A DNA stretch of 64,000 nt from Dehalococcoidia bacterium (GCA_963667465.2 CAXXDN010000002.1:928001-992000), one strand, 5' to 3'; shown: positions 40,203 to 51,032, counted from the first letter of the stretch. A program made the numbers and translations. Notes: a model not told the origin generated them from the sequence alone.

Positions 40203-41534
40203 ATGACCGCACCCGCCGAGGCGCCGGCTGCCTCCGCCGACAGCACGAAGCGCTCCCGGCTCTATTTCGGCTGGTACATCGTCGCGGGCGCCTTCCTCGG
40301 CCAGATGTTGCAGGCCGGCCTCAGCGTCTACGCCGGCGGCGTCTTCCTCGTTCCCATGACCGAAGACCTCGGCTGGACGCGCACCGAGTTCACGCTCGCC
40401 CAGACCATCGGTCAGCTCGTCACCGGGACGATCGGGTTTTTCATCGGCGCCCACGTCGATCGCCGGGGCGCGCGCGGTGTGATGCTGATCGGCGGCACGC
40501 TGATCGCCGCCACGCTGTTCGCGATCGGTTACATCGAGGAGTGGTGGCAGTGGCTCGTGCTGCGCGGCCTGTTCTTCATGGGCGGCTCCGCGATGATCGG
40601 GAGCCTCGTCGTCAACGTCACGCTCTCCAAGTGGTTCGTAGACCTGCGAGGGCGCGCGATCGGCATCGCCGCGATCGGCTTCTCGATCGGTGGCATTCTG
40701 ATCGCGCCGCCGCTCACCGCCTTCGTCGATGCGTTCGGGTGGCGGGCCGGCTGGCAGGTGCTCGGCGTCCTTGTCATCGTGATCATCTTCCCGATCGCGC
40801 TGCTCTTCCGCCGCCAGCCGGAGGACTACGGGCTCAACCCGGACGGGCGCAGCACCGAGGATCTGCGCGGCGGCGCCGCCTTGAGGATCGAGGCCGATTA
40901 CCGCAACTCGTACACGCGCCGCGAGGCGCTGCGCACGCCCGCCCTCTACCTGATCACGTTCGCCTTCGGGATCGCGGTGATCGGCATCGGCGGTGTGATC
41001 CTCAACACCATCCCGTTCCTCACGGATCAGGACTACAGCCGCGCGACCGCCGCGCGGATCGTCGTCTTCCTCGGCTTCGCGAGCGGATTCTCGAAGGCAT
41101 TCTGGGGCTGGCTGACCGAGCGCTACGACTCCCGTTATGTCGCAGCATCGGGGTTCACGCTGTCCGGTTGCTCGATGGTGTTCGTGGTCTTCGCGGCGGC
41201 GTCAGGCAACGCACCGCTCGTCGCCCTCGCCTACCTGCTGTGGGGCACGGGCGTGGGTGCGCTGTTCCCCACGCAGGAGGTGATCTGGGCGCAGTACTTT
41301 GGCCGCCGCTACCTTGGCGAGGTGCGCAGCGTAGTGCTGCCGGTCTCGCTCTCGATGGGCGCCGCGGGGCCGCTGCTCACGGCGCTCTACTTCGACGCCG
41401 TCGGCGACTACAACGGCGTCTTCCTCTCGGTCGGCGTCACCTGGGTGCTGGCGGCGGTACTGGTCCTTGCCGTGCGCCGCCCCGGCCCGCCGCCGCGCAT
41501 CGCCGTCACCTCGGCGGCGACGACGCGGGATTGA
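40203..41534 (+). CDS. MFS transporter
   Basis: About 12 TM segments; VDRRGAR, KWFVDLRGRAIG and YFGRRYLG motifs. Confidence 0.9.
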   Translation: MTAPAEAPAASADSTKRSRLYFGWYIVAGAFLGQMLQAGLSVYAGGVFLVPMTEDLGWTRTEFTLAQTIGQLVTGTIGFFIGAHVDRRGARGVMLIGGTLIAATLFAIGYIEEWWQWLVLRGLFFMGGSAMIGSLVVNVTLSKWFVDLRGRAIGIAAIGFSIGGILIAPPLTAFVDAFGWRAGWQVLGVLVIVIIFPIALLFRRQPEDYGLNPDGRSTEDLRGGAALRIEADYRNSYTRREALRTPALYLITFAFGIAVIGIGGVILNTIPFLTDQDYSRATAARIVVFLGFASGFSKAFWGWLTERYDSRYVAASGFTLSGCSMVFVVFAAASGNAPLVALAYLLWGTGVGALFPTQEVIWAQYFGRRYLGEVRSVVLPVSLSMGAAGPLLTALYFDAVGDYNGVFLSVGVTWVLAAVLVLAVRRPGPPPRIAVTSAATTRD

Positions 41535-41543
41535 GGCGCGCCG

Positions 41544-42101
41544 CTACCCGCTCTGGCCCGGAGGCCGCCAGCGGATCGTCGGCGGCTGCTGGCGGGCGAC
41601 CCGGGTCGCGGCCGACTCGTCAAGCAGGTCGACGGCGTCGCCGCTGCGCAGCGGGCCCTCCTCGAGGACGCGTGCGTAGACGCGGCTGCAGCCGGGGTGC
41701 GTCTTCTGGTTCATGCGATTGAAGTCGCCGTCCGCGAACCAGGGCGCGTTCTTGAAGCAGGGCGCGGTGTAGCTCGTGACTTCCACGAGCACCCCGTCGC
41801 CGAGGCGCAACCGGGAGCCCGGGACCACCAACGACCAGTCGAGGCCGGAGATCGTCAGGTTCTCGCCGGCCAGCCCGGGAGCGATCGGATGGCCCTCCGC
41901 GGCCATCTCCTGGATCTGCTCAAGCGAGAACAGGCAGAGCGCGCGCTCGGGACCGCCGTGGTGCTTCAGGTCCGCCTGGGCGTCGCCCTCGAGGCCTCCG
42001 ATGAAGGCGCGGGCCTCTTCGAGCGCTCGCTTTGGCACGCCGCCGTTGGAGGCGCTGAGCTGGTGGATCGTGCCGCTCCGGGAGCCCTTTGTCGCCGCCA
42101 T
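41544..42101 (-). CDS. MOSC domain protein (YiiM-like)
   Basis: GGVPK, HHGGPERAL, GENL, PC and YARVLEEG motifs. Confidence 0.88.
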   Translation of the reverse strand: MAATKGSRSGTIHQLSASNGGVPKRALEEARAFIGGLEGDAQADLKHHGGPERALCLFSLEQIQEMAAEGHPIAPGLAGENLTISGLDWSLVVPGSRLRLGDGVLVEVTSYTAPCFKNAPWFADGDFNRMNQKTHPGCSRVYARVLEEGPLRSGDAVDLLDESAATRVARQQPPTIRWRPPGQSG

Positions 42102-42119
42102 CTGCGCCCTCCTCGTCCG

Positions 42120-43604
42120 CTACCCGTCGAGCACGGAGCGAAGCGCGGCCTGCGCCTCGTTCGGGTCGGCACGCCCGCGCGTGGCGCGCATCACCTGGCC
42201 GACGAGGAATTTGATCGCGTTTTCCTTGCCGCCGCGGTAGTCCTCGACTGCCTGAGGGTTGGCGTCGACGACTTCAGCGGCGATACGCGCGAGCCCCTCG
42301 TCGTCGCGCAGCTGGGCGAGCCCGCGCTCCTCGACGATCACGGCGGGCGCCGCGCCGCTCTCGAAGGCGGCGGCGAGCACCTGCTTGGCGCTGGCGGCGG
42401 TGATTACGCCGTCCTCGATGAGGCCGACCAGCTCGGCGACGTGCCCGGGTGTGAGCGCGGTGTCCGCAAGCTCCACGTCGCCGCCGGCCTGGTTGAGCAG
42501 CGCCGCCACGTCGCCGATCAGCCAGCGCGCGACCGCCTGCGCTCGGCCGGGCTGCGAGGCGGCAACGGCGGCCTCGAAGGCGTCGGCGCGGGCGCGTGTC
42601 TCAGCCAGCAGGCCCGCCTCGGTGGGTGCGAGGCCGTACTCGCGCTCGAAGCGCTCGCGCTTGGCGTCGGGCAGTTCCGGCAGCCGCGAGCGGATCTCCG
42701 CAAGGCGCTCGCCGCCGATCTCGAGCGGGGGCAGATCAGGCTCGGGGAAGTAGCGGTAGTCATGCGCCTCTTCCTTGGAGCGCTGGCTTGCCGTGCCGCC
42801 GGTCTCGTCGATGTAGCCGCGTGTCTCCTGCTCGACGCTGCCGCCGCCGTCGAGGACGGTGGTCTGCCGCAGGATCTCGGACTCGATCGCGCGCTGCACG
42901 GCGCGGAACGAGTTCATGTTCTTAATCTCGACCTTCGATCCGAGCGGATCGCCGGGGCGGCGCAGCGAGATGTTGGCGTCGCAGCGGAACGAGCCCTTCT
43001 CCATGTCCGCGTCGGAGACATCAAGGTAGCGCAACGTGCGGCGCAGCTCCCGCAGGTAGGCGACGGCCTCCTCGGGCGATCGCATGTCTGGAGCGGAGAC
43101 GATCTCCATCAACGGCACGCCGGAGCGGTTCACATCGAGCAGCGAGTAGCCGTCGCCGTCGGCCGGTCCGCCCTCACGGTGGAGCAGGCGCGCCGTGTCC
43201 TCCTCGAGATGGATGCGCTCGAGGCCAAGCTCCCGGCGCTCGCCGTCCAGCCCGATCGAGACGACGCCACCGAGGCAGAGCGGTTCGTCGTACTGCGAGA
43301 TCTGGTAACCCTTCATCAGATCGGGGTAGGGGTAGTTCTTGCGGTCGAACTTGGAGTGCGGCGGGATCGAGCAGCCGAGCGCGAGGCCGGTGAGGATCGT
43401 GAGGTCCACGGCGCTGCGGTTGATCACCGGCAGCACCCCCGGCATGCCGAGGCAGACCGCGCAGACGCGCGTGTTCGGCGGGGCGGCGAAGTAGTCGCTC
43501 GCGCAGCCGCAGAACATCTTCGAGCGGGTGTTCAGTTGCGCGTGGACCTCGAGGCCGATCACGACCTCGTAGCCGGTAGCGCCGGGAGCAGTCGCAGTGG
43601 TCAC
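42120..43604 (-). CDS. gatB: Asp/Glu-tRNA amidotransferase subunit B
   Basis: [30 protein letters not shown] and [10 protein letters not shown] motifs. Confidence 0.97.
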   Translation of the reverse strand: MTTATAPGATGYEVVIGLEVHAQLNTRSKMFCGCASDYFAAPPNTRVCAVCLGMPGVLPVINRSAVDLTILTGLALGCSIPPHSKFDRKNYPYPDLMKGYQISQYDEPLCLGGVVSIGLDGERRELGLERIHLEEDTARLLHREGGPADGDGYSLLDVNRSGVPLMEIVSAPDMRSPEEAVAYLRELRRTLRYLDVSDADMEKGSFRCDANISLRRPGDPLGSKVEIKNMNSFRAVQRAIESEILRQTTVLDGGGSVEQETRGYIDETGGTASQRSKEEAHDYRYFPEPDLPPLEIGGERLAEIRSRLPELPDAKRERFEREYGLAPTEAGLLAETRARADAFEAAVAASQPGRAQAVARWLIGDVAALLNQAGGDVELADTALTPGHVAELVGLIEDGVITAASAKQVLAAAFESGAAPAVIVEERGLAQLRDDEGLARIAAEVVDANPQAVEDYRGGKENAIKFLVGQVMRATRGRADPNEAQAALRSVLDG

Positions 43605-43712
43605 GCGCGGCCTTCGATCCGGGGTCGCGTCAGGGGCGACCTGCGCTACGCGGCGACGCGGCCTGGCTCAAGGCCGCGCCACGCCGTACCCAAGGTGAGC
43701 GAAGCGGCGTCG

Positions 43713-43874
43713 CTACGCGTCGCCCTCGGGGTTGAGGTACCTGTCGGGGTTGCCGATGAACTTGTTGCGGCAGCCGATGTCATCGAAGCGGTACCACTTG
43801 CCGTCGGTGTGGTGCCAGCGGTAGTTGTTCTGGTCGTCATCCGTGACGGCTCCGCCGCAGACGAGGCAATCCAT
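43713..43874 (-). CDS. 53-aa YHS/TRASH-like metal-binding protein
   Basis: MDCLVCG...GKWYRFDDIGCRNKFIGNPDRY; AAGGAG RBS. Confidence 0.75.
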   Translation of the reverse strand: MDCLVCGGAVTDDDQNNYRWHHTDGKWYRFDDIGCRNKFIGNPDRYLNPEGDA

Positions 43875-44096
43875 AGCCTGCTCCTTCCGTGATCGCAGCC
43901 TCAGGATAGCCGCCCTGTGCCGCTTCGGCATCGCCGGCATCCGCAGCTGCGTCATGCACTCTGGATCGCCGCCCGACGATACAGCCCGTGGACGCCGCGT
44001 GTGAAGCGGACCGCACCCGGCTTGACCTCGCGGGGTGTGTCGAGGCACGATTCGCGCGTACGGGGGTGGCGCTCGATCAAAGACGGAAGAACGTCT

Positions 44097-45425
44097 GTGA
44101 GCCGCACGACCCTCGCCAAGTGGCTATACGTCGGCCTGCACATCAAGCGCTGGCTCCTCATCATCCTCGTCGGCGTCGTGCTGATGGGGCTCGGGATCGG
44201 CTACCTGCTGCGCGAGGCCTACGTCTCCTACACCTTCCCCGCGTGGGTCGGCGACGCAACGCTGCAGTTCCTGCCGCGCTGGGTGCGCGGCGTGATCTTC
44301 ATCGGCATCGCCTCCGCCGCCACCGTGATCGGCGCCTGGAAGCTCAACCACTCGATCGTCAGCGCCGTGGTCCCGATCGACCGCCAGGATGATCTGCTGG
44401 ACCGCATCTGGGCGCAGCGCTCACAGGGGCGCGGCCCGCGCATCGTCGCAATAGGCGGCGGCACCGGGCTCTCGACGCTGCTGCGCGGCCTCAAGGGCTA
44501 CAACGCCAACCTCACCGCCATCGTCACCGTCGCCGACGACGGCGGCTCCAGCGGGCGGCTGCGGCGTGACCTCAACGTGATCCCGCCCGGCGACATCCGC
44601 AACTGCATCGCCGCCCTCGCCGACGCCGAGGCGCTGGTCACGCGCCTCTTCCAGTACCGCTTCGACGACGACGCCGGCGAGGGCATCGCCGGCCACTCTT
44701 TCGGCAACCTCTTTATCGTCGCCATGTCCGACGTGACAGGGAATATGGAGGAGGCGATCCGCGAGACCTCGCGCGTGCTCGCCGTGCGCGGCCGCATCCT
44801 CCCCTCCACGCTCGCCGACATCACGCTGGCCGCGCGCCTGGCCGACGGCTCGACCGTGCGCGGCGAGTCCGTGCTGGCTGAGGGTGGGTCCGCGATCGAG
44901 CAGGTCTTCGTCGAGCCGGCCAACGTGCAGGCCAACGCCGAGGCAGCCGCCGCGCTGCTCGATGCCGACCTGATCGTGGTCGGACCCGGCTCGCTTTACA
45001 CCTCGGTGCTGCCGAACCTGCTGGTTTCCGGCCTCGGCGACGCCTTGCTGCAGTCCCGCGCGCACCGCGTCTACGTCTCGAACGTCGCCACCCAGCAGGG
45101 GGAGACCGAGGACTACAACGCTGCCGACCACTACGCCGCGATCCGCCGCCATCTGGGCCGCGACGACGTCGCCCACGTCGTCCTCGCGAACAGCAACCTG
45201 CCCGCGGAGCCGTTCCCCGCCGAGTGGCGCTCGCAGCCCGTGCCGGCGCCGGGCGACGCGGACTACGCGGGCGCGCGCCTCGTCCTCGCCGACCTCGTCG
45301 ACCGCACGCTGCGCTACCGCCACGACTCCGAGCGACTGGCCGCTGCCGTGATGCGCCAGTACTACGAGCGCGACCTGCAGGTGCAGCAGGGCGTAGCCGC
45401 CCTGCCGGGCGAGGCGGACGCGTAG
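44097..45425 (+). CDS. yvcK: YvcK/GlmR family protein with N-terminal TM segments
   Basis: IGGGTGLS, TVADDGGSSG, PPGDIRNC, GHSFGNL and GPGSLYTS motifs. Confidence 0.92.
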   Translation: MSRTTLAKWLYVGLHIKRWLLIILVGVVLMGLGIGYLLREAYVSYTFPAWVGDATLQFLPRWVRGVIFIGIASAATVIGAWKLNHSIVSAVVPIDRQDDLLDRIWAQRSQGRGPRIVAIGGGTGLSTLLRGLKGYNANLTAIVTVADDGGSSGRLRRDLNVIPPGDIRNCIAALADAEALVTRLFQYRFDDDAGEGIAGHSFGNLFIVAMSDVTGNMEEAIRETSRVLAVRGRILPSTLADITLAARLADGSTVRGESVLAEGGSAIEQVFVEPANVQANAEAAAALLDADLIVVGPGSLYTSVLPNLLVSGLGDALLQSRAHRVYVSNVATQQGETEDYNAADHYAAIRRHLGRDDVAHVVLANSNLPAEPFPAEWRSQPVPAPGDADYAGARLVLADLVDRTLRYRHDSERLAAAVMRQYYERDLQVQQGVAALPGEADA

Positions 45426-45450
45426 CGCCGCCTACAACTGAGGAGATGGC

Positions 45451-45834
45451 TTGCCGACGGCGACGTACCACCTCAGAGACAACGGGCGTCCGCTGATCCC
45501 GGTCAAGATCGAGAGCTCGGACGAGCTCCACTTGGCCATGCTGGACACCGGCTCAGAGAAGGGTGGAATGATCGACACCGAGTTGGCCGCGAGGCTCGGC
45601 TTAGTTGCTCTCCCAGGGGCACGCGGTATCAGAACCGCATCCGGAGTGAATTACGTAACGACTTACGAGGCTACGGTTCGTATTCCAGAACTCGGTTCTC
45701 GGCACGTCGTGGAGCTTGCCAGTATCAATCTGACCGATGTCGAGTTCGGCATCGCCCTTGGAACGGACTTTCTCGCGAATTTCACGATCTTGTACGAAGG
45801 GCGCCAGAAAACACTAACCCTGCGTAACGACTAA
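45451..45834 (+). CDS. Retropepsin-like (clan AA) aspartic protease
   Basis: AMLDTGS and LGTDFL motifs; GAGGAG RBS before TTG; lower GC than flanks. Confidence 0.8.
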   Translation: MPTATYHLRDNGRPLIPVKIESSDELHLAMLDTGSEKGGMIDTELAARLGLVALPGARGIRTASGVNYVTTYEATVRIPELGSRHVVELASINLTDVEFGIALGTDFLANFTILYEGRQKTLTLRND

Positions 45835-45897
45835 CCGTCACAGCGGCTCGCTCACGCTTGCTCGCAAGCGCGGGCGCGGTCTAGCCTCGATCTCGTC

Positions 45898-46122
45898 ATG
45901 CAACTCACAGACTTTCTCCACATCGCGCAGATCCTCGTCTCGGTCACGCTGATCGTCGTGGTGCTGATGCAGGTCAAGGGGACCGGCTTCGGCGCGGCGC
46001 TCGGCGGGGCCGACCAGAGCTTCCGCACTCGCCGAGGCATCCAGCGCTCGCTGCACCGCCTCACAATCCTGTTGATCGTCGTCTTCATCGGCTTCTCGCT
46101 CTGGAGCGTGACCACCTCCTGA
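45898..46122 (+). CDS. secG: Preprotein translocase subunit SecG
   Basis: VLMQVKGTGFGAALGG..FRTRRG..LHRLT with two TM segments. Confidence 0.92.
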   Translation: MQLTDFLHIAQILVSVTLIVVVLMQVKGTGFGAALGGADQSFRTRRGIQRSLHRLTILLIVVFIGFSLWSVTTS

Positions 46123-46172
46123 GGCCCGCCACACGCGCGGCGGCGAGGGAGACGCCTGCTACCATCGAGGCC

Positions 46173-47138
46173 GTGCGCGTCGTCTTCTTCGGCTCACCCG
46201 GCTACGCCCTGCCCACCCTGCGGCGGCTGATCGCGGCGCCCGCCGTGGACCTCGCGGCGGTCGTCACGCAGCCCGACCGGCCGCGAGGGCGCTCCGGTCG
46301 CGGCATCCCGACGCCCGTCGCCCAACTCGCTCACGAGGCGGGCGTGCCCGTGCTCACACCTGAGCGGATCCGCCGCGCTACGACCGAGCAGATCGCCGCC
46401 CTGGATCCGGATGTGGGCGTGCTCGCGGCCTCGGCGCACATCCTGCCCTCGCACCTGATCGAGGCGATCCCGCACGGCATCCTCAATGTCCACGCCTCGC
46501 TGCTGCCGCGCCATCGCGGCGCCTCGCCCGTCACCGCCGCGATCCTCGCGGGCGACGAGGAGAGCGGCGCCTCCGTGATGCTGATCGTGCGCGAGCTGGA
46601 CGCCGGCCCTGTGCTCGGCGCCATCGCAACGCCGATCGAACCCCTCGACACGACCGAGGCGCTGACTGAACGCATCGCCGAACTCGGGGCGGAGCGACTG
46701 ATGGAGCTGCTGCCCGGCTGGGTCGCTGGGAGCGTCGAGGCCGTCGCGCAGGAAGAGTCGCTGGCCACGTACGCCGGGCGGATCGACAAGGACGACGGGG
46801 TCATCGACTGGACCCGCTCTGCCGAGGAGATCGCCCGCGCCGTGCGCGCCTACGAGCCGTGGCCGCGCGCCACCACGCTGCGCGACGGCGAGCGCCTGAC
46901 GATCCACGCCGCCTGGCCCCTCGCCGCCACGTTCGAGGCCGAGCCGGGCCTCGTGCTCGCAGGCGACGGCGAGCCGCTCGGCGAGCTGCTGCCGGGCCGC
47001 CGCGCCCTCGCGACCGTCGCCTGCGGCAGCGGGGCGCTCGCACTGCTGTGCGTGCAGCGCGCCGGCCGGCGCCCGCTGGACATCGAGGACTACCTCAACG
47101 GGGACCGCGCCTTGATCGGCGCGCGCCTCGGCGAGTGA
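46173..47138 (+). CDS. fmt: Methionyl-tRNA formyltransferase
   Basis: VVTQPDRPRGR, NVHASLLPRHRGASP and LDAG motifs. Confidence 0.95.
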   Translation: MRVVFFGSPGYALPTLRRLIAAPAVDLAAVVTQPDRPRGRSGRGIPTPVAQLAHEAGVPVLTPERIRRATTEQIAALDPDVGVLAASAHILPSHLIEAIPHGILNVHASLLPRHRGASPVTAAILAGDEESGASVMLIVRELDAGPVLGAIATPIEPLDTTEALTERIAELGAERLMELLPGWVAGSVEAVAQEESLATYAGRIDKDDGVIDWTRSAEEIARAVRAYEPWPRATTLRDGERLTIHAAWPLAATFEAEPGLVLAGDGEPLGELLPGRRALATVACGSGALALLCVQRAGRRPLDIEDYLNGDRALIGARLGE

Positions 47139-47161
47139 CGGCGCGGCGTTAGACTCGATCG

Positions 47162-48229
47162 ATGCCGCCGCACCTCCTCGACCACTCCCTCGCCGATCTC
47201 GAGACGCGCCTCGGCGAGTGGGGCGAGCCACCGTTCCGCGCGCGCCAGGTCGCGCGCTGGGCGCTGCGCCGCTGCGCGACCTCCTTCGAGGAGATGACGG
47301 ATCTACCCGCCGCCCTGCGCCCCCGGCTCGCCGGAGAGTGGACCATTGCGCCGCCGCCCGTGCTTGCGGAGACGCGCGCCGACGACGGGGCGACCTCGAA
47401 GGTGCTGCTCGACCTCGGGGGCGGGGCCGCCATCGAGGCGGTGCGCATGGACTACGACCCGGACCGCCCGGAGCACTCGCAGGGATCGCGGGCACGCAGC
47501 ACGGTCTGCGTCTCGACGCAGGCGGGGTGCGCGATGGCCTGTGTCTTCTGCGCGACTGGCCAACAGGGCTTCACACGCAACCTGACGGCGGGCGAGATCC
47601 TCGCGCAGGTGCTGCATTTCCAGCGCGAGAGCCCGGTCTCCAACGTCGTCTTCATGGGCATGGGCGAGCCGCTCGCGAACTACGAGCCTACGCTCGCCAC
47701 CGTGCGTTGGCTGATCGACCGCGACGGCCTCGACCTGCGCGCCCGAGGCGTCACGATCTCGACCGTCGGTCTCCCGGGCGCGATCCGCAGGCTGGCGGGC
47801 GAGGGCCTGCAGATCGGCCTCACCGTCTCGCTGCACGCTCCGGACGACGAGCTGCGGCGTCAGCTCATCCCGACGGCGGGCGGGGTCACCCTCGACGGGC
47901 TCATCGAGGCCTCGAATGACTATGTCGAGCGCACCGGCCGCCGCGTCACCTTCGCCTACGCACTACTCGAACGGCTCAACGACGAGCCAGAGCAGGCGCG
48001 CCGCCTCGCAAACCGCATCCGCGGGATACGCTGCCACGTCAACCTGATTCCCTACAACCCGACCGCAGGCGAGGGCCTGCGCCGCCCCTCACTGGGCCGG
48101 GTGCGCGCCTTCCAGCGCGAGCTGCAGGCCGCTGGCGTCAACGCGACCGTGCGCATCGAGCGAGGTGTGGAGATCGCCGCTGCCTGCGGCCAGCTGCGCA
48201 CGGACCACCTGGCGGCGTCCGCGCGCTGA
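47162..48229 (+). CDS. rlmN: 23S rRNA/tRNA m2A methyltransferase RlmN
   Basis: CVSTQAGCAMACVFCATG, FMGMGEP, NLIPYN and AACGQL motifs. Confidence 0.95.
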   Translation: MPPHLLDHSLADLETRLGEWGEPPFRARQVARWALRRCATSFEEMTDLPAALRPRLAGEWTIAPPPVLAETRADDGATSKVLLDLGGGAAIEAVRMDYDPDRPEHSQGSRARSTVCVSTQAGCAMACVFCATGQQGFTRNLTAGEILAQVLHFQRESPVSNVVFMGMGEPLANYEPTLATVRWLIDRDGLDLRARGVTISTVGLPGAIRRLAGEGLQIGLTVSLHAPDDELRRQLIPTAGGVTLDGLIEASNDYVERTGRRVTFAYALLERLNDEPEQARRLANRIRGIRCHVNLIPYNPTAGEGLRRPSLGRVRAFQRELQAAGVNATVRIERGVEIAAACGQLRTDHLAASAR

Positions 48230-48273
48230 GGCTGTCGGGCTCGGGGACCGGATCTGCGGCGCTACTCCGAGGG

Positions 48274-48945
48274 CTAGTCGCCGGCCTCGCCGTCGGCGGC
48301 GGAGGCGCCTTCGCCCTCTTCGCCATCCTCCAGCGCGCCTTCCTCGCCCTCGAGCAGCTCGTCCACTTCCTCGTCTTCCGCCACGACGCGAGGTCGCGCG
48401 ATGCGGGCGAGCATGACCTCCGGGTCGTTCATGATGCGCACGCCGTCCTCGACCGCGAGGTCGGCGACGGTGAGCTGCGCATCGAGCTCGTCGAGGAAGT
48501 CGACTGAGAGTTCGATGTGCGAAGGGATCTCGGCGGGCAACGCCTCCACGAGCACGTGGTCGAGGCCGGTGATGAGGATGCCCTGGTAGGTGTGAACCGC
48601 CGGCGCTTCGCCGATGAGCGTCACCGGGACGTTCGCCTGGATCGTGCGGGCGAGGTCTACCTGGTAGAAGTCGAGGTGCAGGATCTCGCGCGACAGCGGG
48701 TGGCGTTGCACCTGCCGAACGATGACCGGCCTTTCACCCTGCTCGCCCTCCACGGACAGCTCGAGCAGCGAGTTCAGGCCGTGCGCGGAGAGCAACGATT
48801 CCGCCTCGCGGCGCGGCAGCTGGACCGCGACGGAATCGAGGCCGCGTCCGTAGATGTTGCCCGGCAGGACGCCTTCCTGGCGCAGCCGCCTCGAGCGTTT
48901 CCCCAGCACGCTCCGAGGCGTGACCGCATAGCGTTCCGGCATCAT
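48274..48945 (-). CDS. rplY: 50S ribosomal protein L25/Ctc
   Basis: RRLRQEG.LPGNIYG, QRHP and HLDFY motifs; acidic tail. Confidence 0.93.
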   Translation of the reverse strand: MMPERYAVTPRSVLGKRSRRLRQEGVLPGNIYGRGLDSVAVQLPRREAESLLSAHGLNSLLELSVEGEQGERPVIVRQVQRHPLSREILHLDFYQVDLARTIQANVPVTLIGEAPAVHTYQGILITGLDHVLVEALPAEIPSHIELSVDFLDELDAQLTVADLAVEDGVRIMNDPEVMLARIARPRVVAEDEEVDELLEGEEGALEDGEEGEGASAADGEAGD

Positions 48946-49118
48946 CTGGCTCCCTGGCTCCTCCGGATTCAGGCGCTCATCCGGCGCCTGGATCACGGCA
49001 TCGCGCGCGACTGATCACGCTAGCCCCGGCTTCGCCGCACGGTCAAGCCGCCGTACCCGGCCGGGCGGCCCGCGCTACAATGGCAGTCGAGCGGAGGCGA
49101 CTGGACGGAGCACGCCAT

Positions 49119-49547
49119 ATGCCGGAAGAACCGGACCGCCTCGAACGCGAGATCCAGGAGATCCTCGACAAGATCGAGCAACTCCCCGCGCCCAGGCAGC
49201 GCCGTGCGAGCGGGCTGCAGCGATCGCTGCGCCGCTTCGGCGACGGCGTCTCGGCCTGGCAGCGGACCGTCGTGCAGGAGCTCTCGCGGATCTCGCTCTC
49301 CCAGCTGGTGCTGCTCAGCTTCCTGCTGATCCTCGGGGCGTTCTTCATCCGCGGCATCGGTCCGGTGGGTACCTGGCTGATGATCGCCGGCGTCGTGCTC
49401 CTCGTTGCCTCGCTCGCGCTGATGATCTTCAGCGGTGGGAGCGCACGCGCCCGAACGCAGCAGTGGCGAGGGCGCACGATCTCCTACAAGCGCGACGGCC
49501 TCGTTCAGCGCATCCGGCGCTGGTTCAGCAATCGATCCCGCCGCTGA
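49119..49547 (+). CDS. Hypothetical two-TM membrane protein
   Basis: MPEEPDRLEREIQEIL.., two hydrophobic helices, WRGRTISY; GGAG RBS. Confidence 0.75.
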   Translation: MPEEPDRLEREIQEILDKIEQLPAPRQRRASGLQRSLRRFGDGVSAWQRTVVQELSRISLSQLVLLSFLLILGAFFIRGIGPVGTWLMIAGVVLLVASLALMIFSGGSARARTQQWRGRTISYKRDGLVQRIRRWFSNRSRR

Positions 49548-49593
49548 CGCCCCCCGTTCGACCCCTGCCGCCCAACCACCGGCGGACACACCG

Positions 49594-50955
49594 ATGATGG
49601 TCGCGCATGCCCGGAGGGCGCTCCTCGCACTCCTCGTCCTTGCGACGCTATTGGTCGCGGCCTGCGGCGACGACGCGCCGGCGACCGGCGAGCCGACGGC
49701 CACCCCGACCGCGACCCCGGCCGCGGCGACGGCAACGACTGCCGCGACTATGGCCCCGACAGCCCCGGCGAACCCGACGGCGGCGCCGAAGATCTCGGCC
49801 GGGGCGGAACGCGCCTTCGAGCACCTGCGCGTGCTGGCTATCGAGATCGGCGAGCGCTTCGCGGGGACGGACGGCGAACGCGCGGCGGCGGCCTACGTCG
49901 CCGCGCAATTCGAGGCGGCCGGCTACACCGTCGCCATCGAGGAGTTCGAGGCGCAGATCCGGGTCAACGACGCCTCGATCTCGATCGAGGGCGAAGGCGG
50001 CCCGATCCGCGCCCTGCCCCTTGCTGAGAGCCCGAGCGGCGAGGCCAGCGGCCGGCTCGTCTTCGCCGGCCTTGGCGAGTTCTCAGACTTCGAGCGTCTC
50101 GACGTCGAGGACGCGATCGTACTGCTCGACCGGGGCGTGCTGACCTTCGCGCTCAAGGCCGCCAACGCGGAGGATGCGGGTGCGGCCGGCGTGATCGTCA
50201 TCAACAACGAGCCCGGTGAGCTTTATGGCACGCTCGACCGCGGCACCGGGATCGCGATCCCGGTGATCGGCGTCGCCGGACGCCTCGGATCGCCGCTGCG
50301 CGCCCTCGCTGAGGACGGCGCCGAGGCCACCATCCGAAGCAATATCGGCTCGGACCTCCAGACATCGCAGAACGTCGTCGCCCGCCCCGAGGATGGCGAG
50401 TGCCACGCCTACCTCGGCGCACACTACGACTCGGTGCCGGGCACCGAAGGCGCCAACGACAACGCCTCCGGGACGGGACTGCTGATCGAACTCGCGCACG
50501 TGGCGAGCGGCGAGGCGTTCGGCGCCGGCCTCTGCTTCGTCGCGTTTGGCGCCGAGGAGGTCGGGCTCTTCGGGTCGAGGGCGTTCGTGCAGGCGCACGA
50601 CGTATCCGGGACGGCCTTCATGTTGAACTTCGACATGGTCGCGCGGATCGGCCAGCGATCAGGCGACGGACCGCGCTTCATCGCGGGCGACGTCGCGCTC
50701 GCCGACTTCGCGGCAACGGTGGCCGGCGAGCTTGGCTACGGCATCCCTCGGGGCTCATTTCCGGCGAACGCATCCTCGGACCACGCGTCCTTCGCGGAGG
50801 CCGGAGTGCCAGCGATCACGGTCCACAGCGGCGGCGCCGAGTTCATCCATACACCCCAGGACACCCTCGAAACCGTGTCCATCGAGGATCTTGCAATCTT
50901 CCTCGAGGTTTCGATCGCCCTGCTCGAACGGCTCGACGAGGAGCGAAATCGCTAG
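49594..50955 (+). CDS. M28 family aminopeptidase lipoprotein with PA domain
   Basis: Lipobox LVAAC; GAHYDS, GANDNASG, AEE, NFDM, SDH and IHTPQD motifs. Confidence 0.9.
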   Translation: MMVAHARRALLALLVLATLLVAACGDDAPATGEPTATPTATPAAATATTAATMAPTAPANPTAAPKISAGAERAFEHLRVLAIEIGERFAGTDGERAAAAYVAAQFEAAGYTVAIEEFEAQIRVNDASISIEGEGGPIRALPLAESPSGEASGRLVFAGLGEFSDFERLDVEDAIVLLDRGVLTFALKAANAEDAGAAGVIVINNEPGELYGTLDRGTGIAIPVIGVAGRLGSPLRALAEDGAEATIRSNIGSDLQTSQNVVARPEDGECHAYLGAHYDSVPGTEGANDNASGTGLLIELAHVASGEAFGAGLCFVAFGAEEVGLFGSRAFVQAHDVSGTAFMLNFDMVARIGQRSGDGPRFIAGDVALADFAATVAGELGYGIPRGSFPANASSDHASFAEAGVPAITVHSGGAEFIHTPQDTLETVSIEDLAIFLEVSIALLERLDEERNR

Positions 50956-51032
50956 CAGACCGTGCGATCGGCTTGTCGCGCCGCCCGCCCTGACGTACGA
51001 TTACAGGTGGCGGGGAGACAGGTTGATTGCGT

